The notes beneath the pieces are model-generated. The model worked only from the letters and a program-made list of their open reading frames with translations. It was not told the DNA's origin and made no database searches. Positions 39,403-49,895 of a stretch of DNA of 64,000 nucleotides are shown here, one piece after another. Position 1 is the stretch's first letter; each line of letters opens with the position of its first letter. The DNA lies in sequence record SRR33789315_95. One strand, given 5' to 3'. The translations under genes were made by a program, and so were the position numbers.

Positions 39403-40812
39403 ATGAAATCATTACAGATGAAAAACATATCAAAATATATTATTATAATTGTTACTTCTTTCAGCTTGCATTCCTGTTTTGTAGCAAAAGATTATAGCCG
39501 TCCAGAAACGATGGTTGAGGAGCAATACTATCGCACAGATAGTATCTCACAAGACAGTACTTCTATGGCAGATCTTTCTTGGAAAGAAATGTTTACAGAT
39601 CCTGAACTCATCTCTCATATTGAAGAAGGTCTTGCTAACAACATAGATATTCGTGTGGCAATAGAAAATATCACTATTTCACAAGCCTATCTCAAACAAG
39701 GAAAAGCTGGCTACCTGCCTACCCTTACTGTAGGACCCAATTTTGTGCATCAAGAACTTTCTGCAAATGGCCAATTAGGAGCGCAATTTTCTTCTCTTGA
39801 TCAATATGAGGTAAGTGCAGATTTGTCTTGGGAAGCAGATATTTGGGGAAAAATTAGAAGCCAAAAAAGAGCTTTTGATGCTACCTACTTGCAATCTGTA
39901 GCAGCGCACCAGGCTGTTAAAACCCGATTAATCGCTGACATTGCTTCTAATTATTATCAATTATTGGCAGTAGATGAACAGATGCGTATTACGCAAGAAA
40001 CCATTACTACGCGAGAAAACAGTCTGGAAACTACCCAAGCATTAAAAGATGCGGGAAGCCTTACAGAAGTAGCGGTTAAACAAACCGAAGCTCAACTCTA
40101 TAATGCGCAAGCTATTCTGGTCGATTTAAAAAATCAGTCCAGATTACTGGAGAATGCGCTTTCTTACTTACTAGGCAAGTCACCTGAAGCGATTACCAGA
40201 ACAAGTCTGGAAGACCAGCAGATTACTACAGCACTTAAAGTGGGTGTGCCTGCTTTGTTACTTAGCAATAGACCCGATGTAATGGCGGCAGAATATAATC
40301 TGGTAAATGCTTTTGAATTAACTAATGTGGCTAGAAGCAATTTCTATCCTTCATTAACACTTTCAGGATCTGCAGGAATGCAAAGTTTAGATTTTGATAA
40401 ATTATTTAATGCCAATTCCTTTTTTGCTTCTATTGCAAGTGGTTTAACTCAACCTCTTTTGAACGGAAGAAGAATTAGAACGCAATATGAAATAGCTGAA
40501 GCACAACGCAATCAAGCGCAACTCAATTTTAAAGAAGCTATCCTAAATGCTTCACGAGAAGTGTCTGATGCTTTATATACTTATGAAGCAAATTCTGAAA
40601 CAATTACCATTAAAGAAAAAGAATATGATGCGTATGATAAAGCAGTATCATACTCTGAAGAATTATTGAATTATGGTTTGGCAAATTATCTCGAAGTACT
40701 TACTGCTCGAGAAAATGCTTTGAATGCAAATCTTAGCTTAATCAATGCTAAATATAACCAACTTCGAGCTGTTGTGAATCTTTATGAAGCCTTAGGCGGC
40801 GGTTGGAAATAA
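39403..40812 (+). CDS. Outer-membrane efflux lipoprotein (NodT/OprM family)
   Basis: Lipobox LHSC, WEADIWG, RPDVMAAE, LYEALGGGW. Confidence 0.93.
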   Translation: MKSLQMKNISKYIIIIVTSFSLHSCFVAKDYSRPETMVEEQYYRTDSISQDSTSMADLSWKEMFTDPELISHIEEGLANNIDIRVAIENITISQAYLKQGKAGYLPTLTVGPNFVHQELSANGQLGAQFSSLDQYEVSADLSWEADIWGKIRSQKRAFDATYLQSVAAHQAVKTRLIADIASNYYQLLAVDEQMRITQETITTRENSLETTQALKDAGSLTEVAVKQTEAQLYNAQAILVDLKNQSRLLENALSYLLGKSPEAITRTSLEDQQITTALKVGVPALLLSNRPDVMAAEYNLVNAFELTNVARSNFYPSLTLSGSAGMQSLDFDKLFNANSFFASIASGLTQPLLNGRRIRTQYEIAEAQRNQAQLNFKEAILNASREVSDALYTYEANSETITIKEKEYDAYDKAVSYSEELLNYGLANYLEVLTARENALNANLSLINAKYNQLRAVVNLYEALGGGWK

Positions 40813-40842
40813 AAAGTTTTATTTCAGTTTAGTGTTTTTAGA

Positions 40843-40876
40843 AGCAGTCTCAAGAATAAAATCTTGGGACTGTTTT
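40843..40876. terminator. Intrinsic terminator between convergent genes
   Basis: AGCAGTCTCAAGA...TCTTGGGACTGTT stem followed by T-run. Confidence 0.7.
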
Positions 40877-40899
40877 ATTTTGTGGCTTTTCTAACTTTT

Positions 40900-41373
40900 T
40901 TACCAAGATTTATAAGGATTTTTACTTAATTGAGAATTATAATACCGCATATCTCCAGTCACTTCCTCGCCTAACCAATCGGGTTTTGAGAAAGACTCCA
41001 TAGGGTCATTCAGTTCTATTTCGGCAACAATAAGACCCTTATTTTCTTCCAGAAATTCATCAACCTCATACGTGTGCTCTCCGGCTTTTATTAAATAACG
41101 TATTTTTTCTATTACACCGGGTTCGCAAAGCTTTATTAAAGAAATAGCCTCAGCATAGGATATTTCTTTTTCCCATTCAAAACGCACCAGGCCTTCAGCA
41201 TCTGGGATGCCTTTTATAGTAAGAAATCCTTTTTCATCTTTGATACGTATACGCACCGTGCGGTGCGGATTGCTATTGAGATACCCTTGAATAAGTTTTG
41301 CAGCTTCAAAAGCTTCCGTTTTAAAAATATTGTTTTTGACTAAAAACTTTCTTTCTATTTCAATTAAACTCAT
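40900..41373 (-). CDS. CYTH domain (triphosphate tunnel) protein
   Basis: EIERKFLV, QGYL, RIR, EVDEF, AEIE. Confidence 0.92.
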   Translation of the reverse strand: MSLIEIERKFLVKNNIFKTEAFEAAKLIQGYLNSNPHRTVRIRIKDEKGFLTIKGIPDAEGLVRFEWEKEISYAEAISLIKLCEPGVIEKIRYLIKAGEHTYEVDEFLEENKGLIVAEIELNDPMESFSKPDWLGEEVTGDMRYYNSQLSKNPYKSW

Positions 41374-42016
41374 TGGCTAAATTTTGAATTTCATCAGAAG
41401 GAATCCTTGATCGTTGATAACCATCTTGGTCTAGTTTAATCATTGCTTTAACAATAGATTCTGGATGAATACTACGGTATTTTTTAAAATTTCCTAGGAG
41501 AATGGGATTAATTAATTTCATGAACTGTTTCATCATATATTCTCCTTTTCGGGTTTCTTGACGTTCACCTGTAATTAATGAAGGTTGTAGGAAATAGGTG
41601 TTTTTGACTCCTATATCTTGTACATCGCGCTCCATTTCACCTTTAATTCGATTATAAAAAAAGAGACTATTTGCATTAGCTCCTAAAGCTGATATAATGA
41701 TTAAGTTAGGAATGCCATTAGTATAACAAAACCGCGCCGCTTGAAGCGGGATTCCATAATCTACGGCTCGGTAAACCTCCTTATCAGGAGTCTTGGCTTG
41801 CGTGGTTCCAACACAACAGAATAGGACATCTGCTGTTATTTTTTGTGGATATTCTTTCAGGCTTCCTACATACTCTTTAAATTTAGGATGTTCTATACCA
41901 GAAGGTCTTCTATGTATACTAATTACTTGAGAATAGCGCGCATCTTCCAGCAGCTTTTTAGCAAGTTCTGTACCGCTAACGCCCGTTATACCTAATATAA
42001 TTGCAACTCTTTCCAA
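41360..42016 (-). CDS. NAD(P)-binding epimerase-like protein (TIP30/YraR-like)
   Basis: ILGITGVSG, CCVGTT, YNRIKG, QPSLI. Confidence 0.85.
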   Translation of the reverse strand: MERVAIILGITGVSGTELAKKLLEDARYSQVISIHRRPSGIEHPKFKEYVGSLKEYPQKITADVLFCCVGTTQAKTPDKEVYRAVDYGIPLQAARFCYTNGIPNLIIISALGANANSLFFYNRIKGEMERDVQDIGVKNTYFLQPSLITGERQETRKGEYMMKQFMKLINPILLGNFKKYRSIHPESIVKAMIKLDQDGYQRSRIPSDEIQNLANEFN

Positions 42017-42087
42017 CGGTCATTATCCTTTGCCTAAAAATAGTTTTTTTGCAGCATTTTTTAAAAGGAAAAAGAGAAGTGGTTGTT

Positions 42088-42095
42088 TAAATTTG
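42088..42095 (+). promoter_or_regulatory. -7 element for dinB (very short leader)
   Basis: TAAATTTG ends 6 nt before ATG 42102. Confidence 0.55.
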
Positions 42096-42101
42096 AAGGT
42101 T

Positions 42102-43202
42102 ATGCCGAATCAAATTCCTTTGCGAAAAATCATCCACGTAGATATGGATGCTTTTTATGCTTCTGTTGAGCAGTTAGACAATCCAGATTTAGCAGGCAAA
42201 CCACTGGCTGTAGGCGGAAGCTCTGCTCGCGGCGTGGTAAGTGCGGCAAGTTATGAGGCGCGTAAGTATGGCGTGCGCAGTGCTATGTCGGGTCAAGTCG
42301 CCCGAAAATTATGTCCGGAATTAATTTTTGTAAAACCCCGTTTTGAACGCTATCGCGAAATAAGTAACCGCATACGCGCAGTATTTTATGAGTATACAGA
42401 TCTGGTAGAGCCTTTATCTCTGGATGAAGCCTATCTGGATGTTACTCAAAATAAAAAAGGGAATCCCAGCGCTACCTTAATTGCAAAAGAAATAAGGAAC
42501 GAAATCAAAAAGCGTACAGGCTTAAATGCTTCGGCCGGAATTTCTATTAATAAATTTATTGCAAAAATCGCGAGTGACATCAATAAACCAAACGGGCAAA
42601 AAACGGTAGAACCTGAGGAGGTTGAATCTTTTCTAGAGGCTCTGGACATAAGAAAATTTTATGGTGTTGGTAAGGTCACTGCAGAAAAAATGTATGGTCT
42701 CGGGATTTTTACAGGAAAGGATCTTAAAGCTAAAGAGCTGGAATATTTAACAACGCATTTTGGCAATAGTGGCAGCTACTATTATCAGGTTTCAAGAGGC
42801 ATACATAATAGTCCTGTAAAGCCTGATCGCATTCGAAAATCTTTAGGTGCAGAACGTACTTTTTCAGAAAATATCTCTTCAGAGATTTTTCTTATTGATC
42901 GGCTGGAAAGCATTGCCGAAGAGATTGAAAGACGCCTCTCTAAAGCTGATATTGCGGGGAAAACTATTACTTTAAAGCTAAAATATAGTGACTTTAGCTT
43001 AAAAACAAGGAGTAAAACGCTACCCTATTTTGTACGTAATAAAGAAATTATCCTTGAAACAGCAAAGGAGTTATTATTTCAAGAAAAGCTAAACAATTCG
43101 GTGAGACTAGTCGGGATTACACTTGCTAATTTAAATACACATCCTCAAAATTCGAGTCGAACAGCAAAGGAAATCGCTGTTCAACTCAAGTTTGAATTTT
43201 AG
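42102..43202 (+). CDS. dinB: DNA polymerase IV
   Basis: HVDMDAFYASVE, SYEAR, SLDEAY, KPNG. Confidence 0.96.
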   Translation: MPNQIPLRKIIHVDMDAFYASVEQLDNPDLAGKPLAVGGSSARGVVSAASYEARKYGVRSAMSGQVARKLCPELIFVKPRFERYREISNRIRAVFYEYTDLVEPLSLDEAYLDVTQNKKGNPSATLIAKEIRNEIKKRTGLNASAGISINKFIAKIASDINKPNGQKTVEPEEVESFLEALDIRKFYGVGKVTAEKMYGLGIFTGKDLKAKELEYLTTHFGNSGSYYYQVSRGIHNSPVKPDRIRKSLGAERTFSENISSEIFLIDRLESIAEEIERRLSKADIAGKTITLKLKYSDFSLKTRSKTLPYFVRNKEIILETAKELLFQEKLNNSVRLVGITLANLNTHPQNSSRTAKEIAVQLKFEF

Positions 43203-44635
43203 TCTTTTGTGATTTCTCTTACCCGAAGTGTATTAACCATACCCTTTTCTGCAATAGGCATAGAAGCAAGACTAATTACCATATCTCCTTTTACAACAAA
43301 GCCATATTGTTTAGCAATATTGTTGAGATCTCTTATGGTTTCATCTGTGGAAACATATTTGTCATAATAAAAAGCGCGTACACCCCATAACAGATTTAAA
43401 CGGGCTACAATATGTTTGTTTGAAGTAAATGCTAAGATGTGTGCATTAGGCCTCCATGCTGAGATCTGGAAAGCTGTATAACCACTGTTAGTAAGTGTAG
43501 TAATTGCTTTTGCTGGCATTTCATTTGCCATAACAGCCGCATGGTAGCATATAGATTTTGTAATATATCTCTTAGTACGCACATTTGGCGGAGACATAGG
43601 TACTTTTATCAATGGAGAGTTTTCTACACTTAAAAGAATAGAGGCCATTTTTTCTATAACTTGGACTGGATATTTACCTACAGAAGTTTCTCCACTTAGC
43701 ATTACCGCATCTGCTCCATCCATAGCTGAGTTAGCCACATCGTTTACCTCTGCACGTGTAGGTGTGAGGCTACTGATCATGGTTTCCATCATTTGGGTAG
43801 CGATGATTACAGGTATTCTTGCCTTCTTTGCTTTTAATACCAATTCCTTTTGTACTAATGGCACCTCTTGAGCAGGAATCTCAACGCCTAAATCGCCTCT
43901 GGCAACCATTATTCCGTCACTATGTGCTATGATTTCATCAATATTCTTTACCGCTTCCGGTTTTTCGATTTTAGAAATAATAGGAATCTTATAAGCGGCA
44001 TGCTCAGCGATAAGATTCTTCAGTAGTTTTACATCTTCACCATGGCGCACAAATGAAAGTGCCATCCAATCTACATTTAGTGAGCACGCAAAAATAGCAT
44101 CACTTACATCTTTTGGCGTTAATGCCGGAAGAGATATAGCGGTATTAGGAAGGTTTACTCCTTTTCTTGATCGTAAAGGACCTCCTTGAACCACTTTTGT
44201 TTCTACCTCACTTACTCCATCTGTTTTTAGGACTTCAAACATGAGTTTTCCGTCATCTAGAAGGATGTTTTCACCAGCCTTTACATCTCTAGGAAACTCT
44301 TTGTAGTTCATGTAAACACGCTCTTTAGTGCCCTCAAAAACAGATTTAGTAGAAAATGTAATTATATCACCAGGCTCAACTTCAACCTCTTCTTTCATTT
44401 TGCCAACACGCAATTTGGGCCCTTGTAAATCTGCTAGAATAGCAGTATTAAAGCCATACTCCATATTCAAACTACGGATCATATTGACTCTTTCTGTGAC
44501 GTCATCGCGATCTGCATGAGAAAAATTAATTCGAAACACATCTACACCAGCCTCCATCATTGCTAATAAAGTTTCTTTTTTGCTTGTTGCTGGTCCTAGG
44601 GTAGCTACGATTTTAGTCTTTTTTCTATTTGGCAT
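43199..44635 (-). CDS. pyk: Pyruvate kinase
   Basis: TKIVATLGP, NFSH, DLQGPK, ARGDLG, ATQM, SGET. Confidence 0.97.
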   Translation of the reverse strand: MPNRKKTKIVATLGPATSKKETLLAMMEAGVDVFRINFSHADRDDVTERVNMIRSLNMEYGFNTAILADLQGPKLRVGKMKEEVEVEPGDIITFSTKSVFEGTKERVYMNYKEFPRDVKAGENILLDDGKLMFEVLKTDGVSEVETKVVQGGPLRSRKGVNLPNTAISLPALTPKDVSDAIFACSLNVDWMALSFVRHGEDVKLLKNLIAEHAAYKIPIISKIEKPEAVKNIDEIIAHSDGIMVARGDLGVEIPAQEVPLVQKELVLKAKKARIPVIIATQMMETMISSLTPTRAEVNDVANSAMDGADAVMLSGETSVGKYPVQVIEKMASILLSVENSPLIKVPMSPPNVRTKRYITKSICYHAAVMANEMPAKAITTLTNSGYTAFQISAWRPNAHILAFTSNKHIVARLNLLWGVRAFYYDKYVSTDETIRDLNNIAKQYGFVVKGDMVISLASMPIAEKGMVNTLRVREITKD

Positions 44636-45120
44636 TATTCAAATATTAAATTTCTTTTAGATTTTAGCTGTTCTACATTAATAGGGTAAGCCGTAATTAT
44701 ATGCGGTATTGAATTTATAGTCTTTATAAGACTAGTCAATGGTGGAGTTTGTATTTCTGATTCTATTTTCAATATATAATCTGCCTGCTTAATTTCAGGG
44801 ATCAAATTTAAGGTTTTCGTCTTTTCTTCAATCGCAAAAAGATTATTTGTATCAGTTTTATTTAAAGCTTTTGCTAACCGCCTATTTGACACTAAGCTAT
44901 ACTTTAAATATTTCCTGTAATCTGTATAAGTGAATATTGGAAATGTCGCTGTGAAACCTTTGCTTTTATAATCTACATCTGTTCTCGTTCTTTTTAACTG
45001 CATATGTAAGAATCGATTGAGTAAAAAAGCAATTTTATATTCTTCTTGGGTGCAATGAATGGCCAATAGACTAAAGTCATAATCCATTAGATCATCTAAT
45101 AACAATTTCACCTGTCCCAT
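44635..45120 (-). CDS. IPExxxVDY family protein
   Basis: LIPEIKQADY motif; typical position between rnc and pyk. Confidence 0.8.
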   Translation of the reverse strand: MGQVKLLLDDLMDYDFSLLAIHCTQEEYKIAFLLNRFLHMQLKRTRTDVDYKSKGFTATFPIFTYTDYRKYLKYSLVSNRRLAKALNKTDTNNLFAIEEKTKTLNLIPEIKQADYILKIESEIQTPPLTSLIKTINSIPHIITAYPINVEQLKSKRNLIFE

Positions 45121-45210
45121 ATAAGTTATAAGCAAGTGCTAAATATAACTAAAACATTGGTTTATTATAAGAATCGAATTTTAAGAATCAGTAAAGGTTA
45201 CCTTTTTCTA

Positions 45211-45960
45211 TTAGGAATTAAACTGTTGTAAATCAATTTTATCCTGAAAAACATAGAAGGCTCTTTTTGAAGCTATTTCTTCTGCTTTCTTTTTTGAAGT
45301 AGCTCTTCCTTTAGAAATTTGTTTTTTATCTATATAAAGTTTAACCGAAAAATGTTTTAAAACATCTTGCCCTGTATCTTCATAAGTCTCAAAGAAAAAC
45401 TTCTTTTTCTCTTTCTGACACCATTCTATTACTACGCTTTTATAACTAATAATTCTTCCCTCTAGCTTTTCTATATCTACATAGGGCTGAATTACTTTTT
45501 TATCAATAAATTTCTGTGCATAAGGAAATCCTCTATCTAGGTAAATGGCTCCTACTAACGCTTCAAAAAGGTTCCCATGTATGTTGTCTCCAAAATTATC
45601 TTTTGAAATGGCAGATCGCGCCATCTCTAACAAATTAAGATCTCGTCCAAGTTCATTTAGATGTTCTCTACTTACAACTTTAGATCTCATCTTGGTAAGA
45701 TAACCCTCGTCACCACGCTCTACTTCATCAAACAAATATGCGGCAATTACAGCCCCTAATATGGCGTCTCCTAGAAACTCAAGCCTTTCATAATTAAAAG
45801 AGTTGCCGTTTTCATTTTTAAGATTTAGAGACCTATGCGTGAATGCTTCTTGGTAATGTTGAATGTTTTGGGGCTTAAATCTTATAATTTTGTGGATTTT
45901 TTCAAAAAAAATCCCGTCCTTTTCAGAACGGGAATTAAATATTTTTCGAAAAGAAACCAT
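45211..45960 (-). CDS. rnc: Ribonuclease III
   Basis: NYERLEFLGDA, C-terminal dsRBD (SKKKAEE). Confidence 0.96.
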   Translation of the reverse strand: MVSFRKIFNSRSEKDGIFFEKIHKIIRFKPQNIQHYQEAFTHRSLNLKNENGNSFNYERLEFLGDAILGAVIAAYLFDEVERGDEGYLTKMRSKVVSREHLNELGRDLNLLEMARSAISKDNFGDNIHGNLFEALVGAIYLDRGFPYAQKFIDKKVIQPYVDIEKLEGRIISYKSVVIEWCQKEKKKFFFETYEDTGQDVLKHFSVKLYIDKKQISKGRATSKKKAEEIASKRAFYVFQDKIDLQQFNS

Positions 45961-45964
45961 CTCG

Positions 45965-47218
45965 TTATTCTTTTATTTTCTTGAACACCACACAAGCATT
46001 GTGACCACCAAACCCAAAAGTATTGCTCATAGCTATATTTACTTCTCGCTTTTGAGCTACGTTTAAGGTTAAGTTAAGTGAAGGATCAATATTCTCATCA
46101 ACAACACTGTGATTAATCGTGGGTGGCACTAGACTATACTTCATAGCTAGTATAGAAGCAATAGCTTCTATAGCGCCTGCTGCACCTAATAGATGCCCAG
46201 TCATAGATTTTGTTGAATTAATATTAATATCTTCGGTATGATCACCAAAAATTTTTGATATCGCTTTTAACTCTGCCACATCACCTAAAGGAGTTGATGT
46301 GCCGTGAGTATTGATAGCATCTACTTCACTAGGATCTATACCCGCGTCTCGTAAACAATTTATCATAACGCGTTCTACACCTAATCCTTCAGGGTGAGGA
46401 GCTGTCATATGATAAGCATCACTAGACATTCCACCACCTATAAGTTCTGCATAGATTTTTGCACCTCTTTTCTTCGCATGCTCATACTCTTCAAGAATTA
46501 AAGCACCAGCACCTTCTCCTAGTACAAACCCATCTCTGGTAGCGTCAAAAGGTCTAGAGGCTGTTTCCATGCTTTCATTTCTAGTAGATAAAGCGTGCAT
46601 GGCGTTAAATCCGCCAATTCCTGCTTTTGTAATAGTAGCTTCGCTACCACCAGATACAATAATATCACAATGCCCTAAACGTATATAGTTTAAAGCATCA
46701 ATCATTGCATTTGCAGATGAAGCGCAGGCAGAAACAGTAGTGTAGTTAGGCCCCATAAATCCATGTTTAATAGATATATTACCTGGTGCCATATCTGCAA
46801 TCATTTTGGGAATAAAGAATGGGTTGAAACGCGGTGTTCCGTCACCATTAGCGAAGTTTATTACTTCGTCTTGAAAAGTTTCTAATCCACCTATTCCTGC
46901 TCCCCAGATTACTCCTACTCTAAATTTATCTACCTCATTAAGATCAAAAGCTGCGTCTTCAATAGCTTGATCGGCAGATATGATTGCCAACTGTGAAAAG
47001 CGATCCATCTTACGAGCCTCTTTCCTGTCAAAATAATCTAACGGGTCAAAGTTTTTGATCTCACAAGCGAATTTAGTTTTAAACTTTTCGGCATCAAAGA
47101 AAGTAATGGGTGCGCAGCCACTTTTGCCCATGCGCAGCCCATCCCAATATTCTTCAATATTATTGCCAATAGGGGTTATAGCCCCAAGTCCAGTTACAAC
47201 AACTCGCTTAAGTTCCAT
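45965..47218 (-). CDS. fabF: 3-oxoacyl-ACP synthase II
   Basis: SACAS, HGTST, GHLLGA, FGFGG. Confidence 0.97.
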   Translation of the reverse strand: MELKRVVVTGLGAITPIGNNIEEYWDGLRMGKSGCAPITFFDAEKFKTKFACEIKNFDPLDYFDRKEARKMDRFSQLAIISADQAIEDAAFDLNEVDKFRVGVIWGAGIGGLETFQDEVINFANGDGTPRFNPFFIPKMIADMAPGNISIKHGFMGPNYTTVSACASSANAMIDALNYIRLGHCDIIVSGGSEATITKAGIGGFNAMHALSTRNESMETASRPFDATRDGFVLGEGAGALILEEYEHAKKRGAKIYAELIGGGMSSDAYHMTAPHPEGLGVERVMINCLRDAGIDPSEVDAINTHGTSTPLGDVAELKAISKIFGDHTEDININSTKSMTGHLLGAAGAIEAIASILAMKYSLVPPTINHSVVDENIDPSLNLTLNVAQKREVNIAMSNTFGFGGHNACVVFKKIKE

Positions 47219-47236
47219 TAATATATTTCTGGTATA

Positions 47237-47470
47237 TTATTTTGCCTCTTCTATATAGGAGATTGCTTGACCTACTGTACCGATATTTTCTGCTTGATCG
47301 TCTGGAATCTGGATATCAAATTCCTTTTCAAACTCCATGATAAGCTCTACCGTATCAAGTGAATCTGCACCTAAGTCATTTGTGAAGCTTGCTTCTGCAA
47401 CAACTTCGTTCTCATCAACGCCTAATTTATCAACGATGATGGCTTTTACTCTTGAAGCAATGTCTGACAT
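47237..47470 (-). CDS. acpP: Acyl carrier protein
   Basis: [11 protein letters not shown]. Confidence 0.98.
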   Translation of the reverse strand: MSDIASRVKAIIVDKLGVDENEVVAEASFTNDLGADSLDTVELIMEFEKEFDIQIPDDQAENIGTVGQAISYIEEAK

Positions 47471-47500
47471 AATGTTTAAATTTAATTTTTAATTAGACCG

Positions 47501-47508
47501 CAAAAATA
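47501..47508 (-). promoter_or_regulatory. -7 element of the acpP operon
   Basis: TATTTTTG on the minus strand, 30 nt upstream of the acpP ATG. Confidence 0.6.
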
Positions 47509-47647
47509 ACAAACTTTACGATATACTCCGCCACAATAATAAAATGTCCTATTAATTTAGGGATTTTAAATAAAAATGTCAAAATACAATAGCTTATAGC
47601 TATAGTTTTGCCATTTCTTTTGCAACAATGCAATAAAACGCCACATA

Positions 47648-48217
47648 ATGAAGAAAATTGTCATCTTAGCTTCGGGCAATGGTTCTAATGCTGAGTGTAT
47701 TATGGATTATTTTAAGCGAAATAATACTATAAAAATCGCACTTGTCCTATCTAATAATCCCCTTGCAAATGTCCTTAATCGTGCCAAAAAGTTTGGCATA
47801 AGTGCCATTTCATTTAATCGTGAGGCGCTATACAAAGATAACTATGTTCATGATATTTTAACTAAAATTAATCCTGATCTTATCGTTTTGGCGGGTTTCC
47901 TATGGCTAATTCCGACTAAAATCATCGAATCTTTCAGTGGAAAAATCATTAATATTCATCCTGCTCTCTTGCCTGATTTTGGGGGAAAAGGGATGTATGG
48001 CATGCATGTACATAATGCGGTAATTGGGTCTGGAAAGAAAGAATCTGGTATTACTATTCATTATGTAAGTCCCGAATATGATAAAGGAAATATAATTTTT
48101 CAAGCCAGAACAACTATAGAATCAACAGATAATCCAGAACAATTGGCTCAAAAAATCCATAAATTAGAACACGAGCATTTTCCAAAAGAAATTGAAAAGC
48201 TTTTAATTAAAGGCTAA
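47648..48217 (+). CDS. purN: Phosphoribosylglycinamide formyltransferase
   Basis: ASGNGSN, LAGF, NIHPALLP, SGITIH. Confidence 0.95.
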   Translation: MKKIVILASGNGSNAECIMDYFKRNNTIKIALVLSNNPLANVLNRAKKFGISAISFNREALYKDNYVHDILTKINPDLIVLAGFLWLIPTKIIESFSGKIINIHPALLPDFGGKGMYGMHVHNAVIGSGKKESGITIHYVSPEYDKGNIIFQARTTIESTDNPEQLAQKIHKLEHEHFPKEIEKLLIKG

Positions 48218-48853
48218 ATGGCAAAAAAAGAAAAATTCTATGTTGTTTGGAAAGGGAAAAAACCCGGAATATACATGTCTTGGGGGGATTGCAAAGCCAT
48301 GATTACGGGTTATACAGGTGTTCAGTATAAATCTTTTTCAACATTTGCCGAAGCAAAAAAAGCATTTAACGGTAGTTATGCAGATTTTAAAAATAAACCT
48401 AAAAACTCGATTGGTGGAGATCCAGAATTAATTAAAAAAATTGGCTTACCTAATTATCATTCTATTTCAGTTGATGCAGCATCAAGCGGTAATCCCGGAA
48501 TAATGGAATATCAGGGTGTAGATACTAAAACCAAAAAAGTCTTATTTAAAATGGGGCCTTTTCAACAAGGCACCAATAATATAGGTGAATTTCTTGCCTT
48601 AGTTCATGGGTTAGCACAACTCAAAAAAGAAGGAAGTGACAAATTGATTTATACAGATTCAAGAACCGCAATGAGTTGGGTAAGAAAAAAGCATTGCAAC
48701 ACAAAACTGGAACAAAAACCCACAAATGAATCCTTATTTAAGCTGGTAGGTCGTGCTGAAAAATGGCTAAATACAAATGATTATGAAACCACTATCGTGA
48801 AGTGGGAGACTAAAGCCTGGGGCGAAATTCCTGCAGATTTTGGGAGGAAATAA
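48218..48853 (+). CDS. rnhA: Ribonuclease HI with N-terminal hybrid-binding (viroplasmin) domain
   Basis: KFYVVWKGKKPGIY, VDAASSGNPG, TNNIGEF, YTDS, WGEIPADFGRK. Confidence 0.92.
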   Translation: MAKKEKFYVVWKGKKPGIYMSWGDCKAMITGYTGVQYKSFSTFAEAKKAFNGSYADFKNKPKNSIGGDPELIKKIGLPNYHSISVDAASSGNPGIMEYQGVDTKTKKVLFKMGPFQQGTNNIGEFLALVHGLAQLKKEGSDKLIYTDSRTAMSWVRKKHCNTKLEQKPTNESLFKLVGRAEKWLNTNDYETTIVKWETKAWGEIPADFGRK

Positions 48854-48900
48854 TATACAAGGCATATTTAAAATAGTTAATTCAGGCAAACGCAAAACCG

Positions 48901-48908
48901 TATATTTG
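48901..48908 (+). promoter_or_regulatory. -7 element for pfkB
   Basis: TATATTTG 13 nt before ATG 48922. Confidence 0.65.
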
Positions 48909-48921
48909 CAAAAAACGTTGG

Positions 48922-49848
48922 ATGAACAAATTACTAATTGTGGGCACCTGTGCCTTTGACGAGATAGAATCACCTTTCGGGAAAACAGGTAAAATATTGG
49001 GCGGTGCAGGAACTTTTATAGGTCTAGCTGCTTCTCATTTTGAATTAGAAGCGGGCATTGTTTCTGTTGTTGGGGATGATTTTCCGCAAGAATATATTGA
49101 TATTTTAAAACAAAAAAATATCAATCTAGAAGGATTAGAAATTGTTGAAGGCGGAAAAACTTTTTTCTGGAAAGGGAAATACCATAATGATCTTAACTCC
49201 AGAGACACGTTAGTCACAGAACTCAATACGCTTGCAGATTTCAATCCTACCGTACCAGAATCATTTACAGATGCTTCTATAGTAATGTTAGGAAATCTTC
49301 ACCCTCTAGTACAATTAAGTGTACTAGATCAAATGAAGAAAAAACCAAAGCTCGTGATTCTAGATACCATGAATTTTTGGATGGATAACACTCCAGAAGA
49401 TCTAGAAAAAGTAATAAAACGCGTTGATGTCATTACGATTAATGACGAAGAGGCTCGCCAACTCAGCGGTGAATATTCATTAGTAACGGCGGCTCAAAAA
49501 ATTCATAAAATGGGTCCTAAATTTGTTGTGATCAAAAAAGGAGAACACGGCGCATTGCTTTTTGAAGGAAAAAATATGTTTTTTGCACCCGCCTTACCTT
49601 TAGAAGAAGTTTTTGATCCCACTGGAGCCGGCGACACCTTTGCGGGAGGATTTGCAGGTTACTTAACCAGTACGGGGAATATTTCTTTTGAAAACATGAA
49701 GCGCGCTATAATATATGGCTCTAATCTCGCTTCTTTTTGTGTAGAAAAATTTGGCACTGAGCGAATGCTTACTCTTCGAAAGGAAGAAATTACTAGCAGG
49801 CTGCAAGAATTTAAGAAGTTAACACAATTTGATATTGAATTGAAATAA
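48922..49848 (+). CDS. PfkB/ribokinase family kinase
   Basis: GGAG, NDEEA, DPTGAGDTFAGG. Confidence 0.93.
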   Translation: MNKLLIVGTCAFDEIESPFGKTGKILGGAGTFIGLAASHFELEAGIVSVVGDDFPQEYIDILKQKNINLEGLEIVEGGKTFFWKGKYHNDLNSRDTLVTELNTLADFNPTVPESFTDASIVMLGNLHPLVQLSVLDQMKKKPKLVILDTMNFWMDNTPEDLEKVIKRVDVITINDEEARQLSGEYSLVTAAQKIHKMGPKFVVIKKGEHGALLFEGKNMFFAPALPLEEVFDPTGAGDTFAGGFAGYLTSTGNISFENMKRAIIYGSNLASFCVEKFGTERMLTLRKEEITSRLQEFKKLTQFDIELK

Positions 49849-49850
49849 CC

Positions 49851-49883
49851 AACGCCCTCCTAAATATTTAGGAGGGCGTTTTT
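49851..49883 (+). terminator. Terminator-like perfect palindrome between pfkB and purF
   Basis: AACGCCCTCCTAAATATTTAGGAGGGCGTT (30-bp perfect palindrome) followed by TTT. Confidence 0.8.
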
Positions 49884-49895
49884 GTTACTATATAT

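Noticed and set aside
42017-42101. SOS box upstream of dinB
   Set aside because: No convincing palindrome visible.
48218-48853. Viroplasmin domain as a viral or retroelement remnant
   Set aside because: It is the normal hybrid-binding domain of RNase HI; no RT or integrase nearby.
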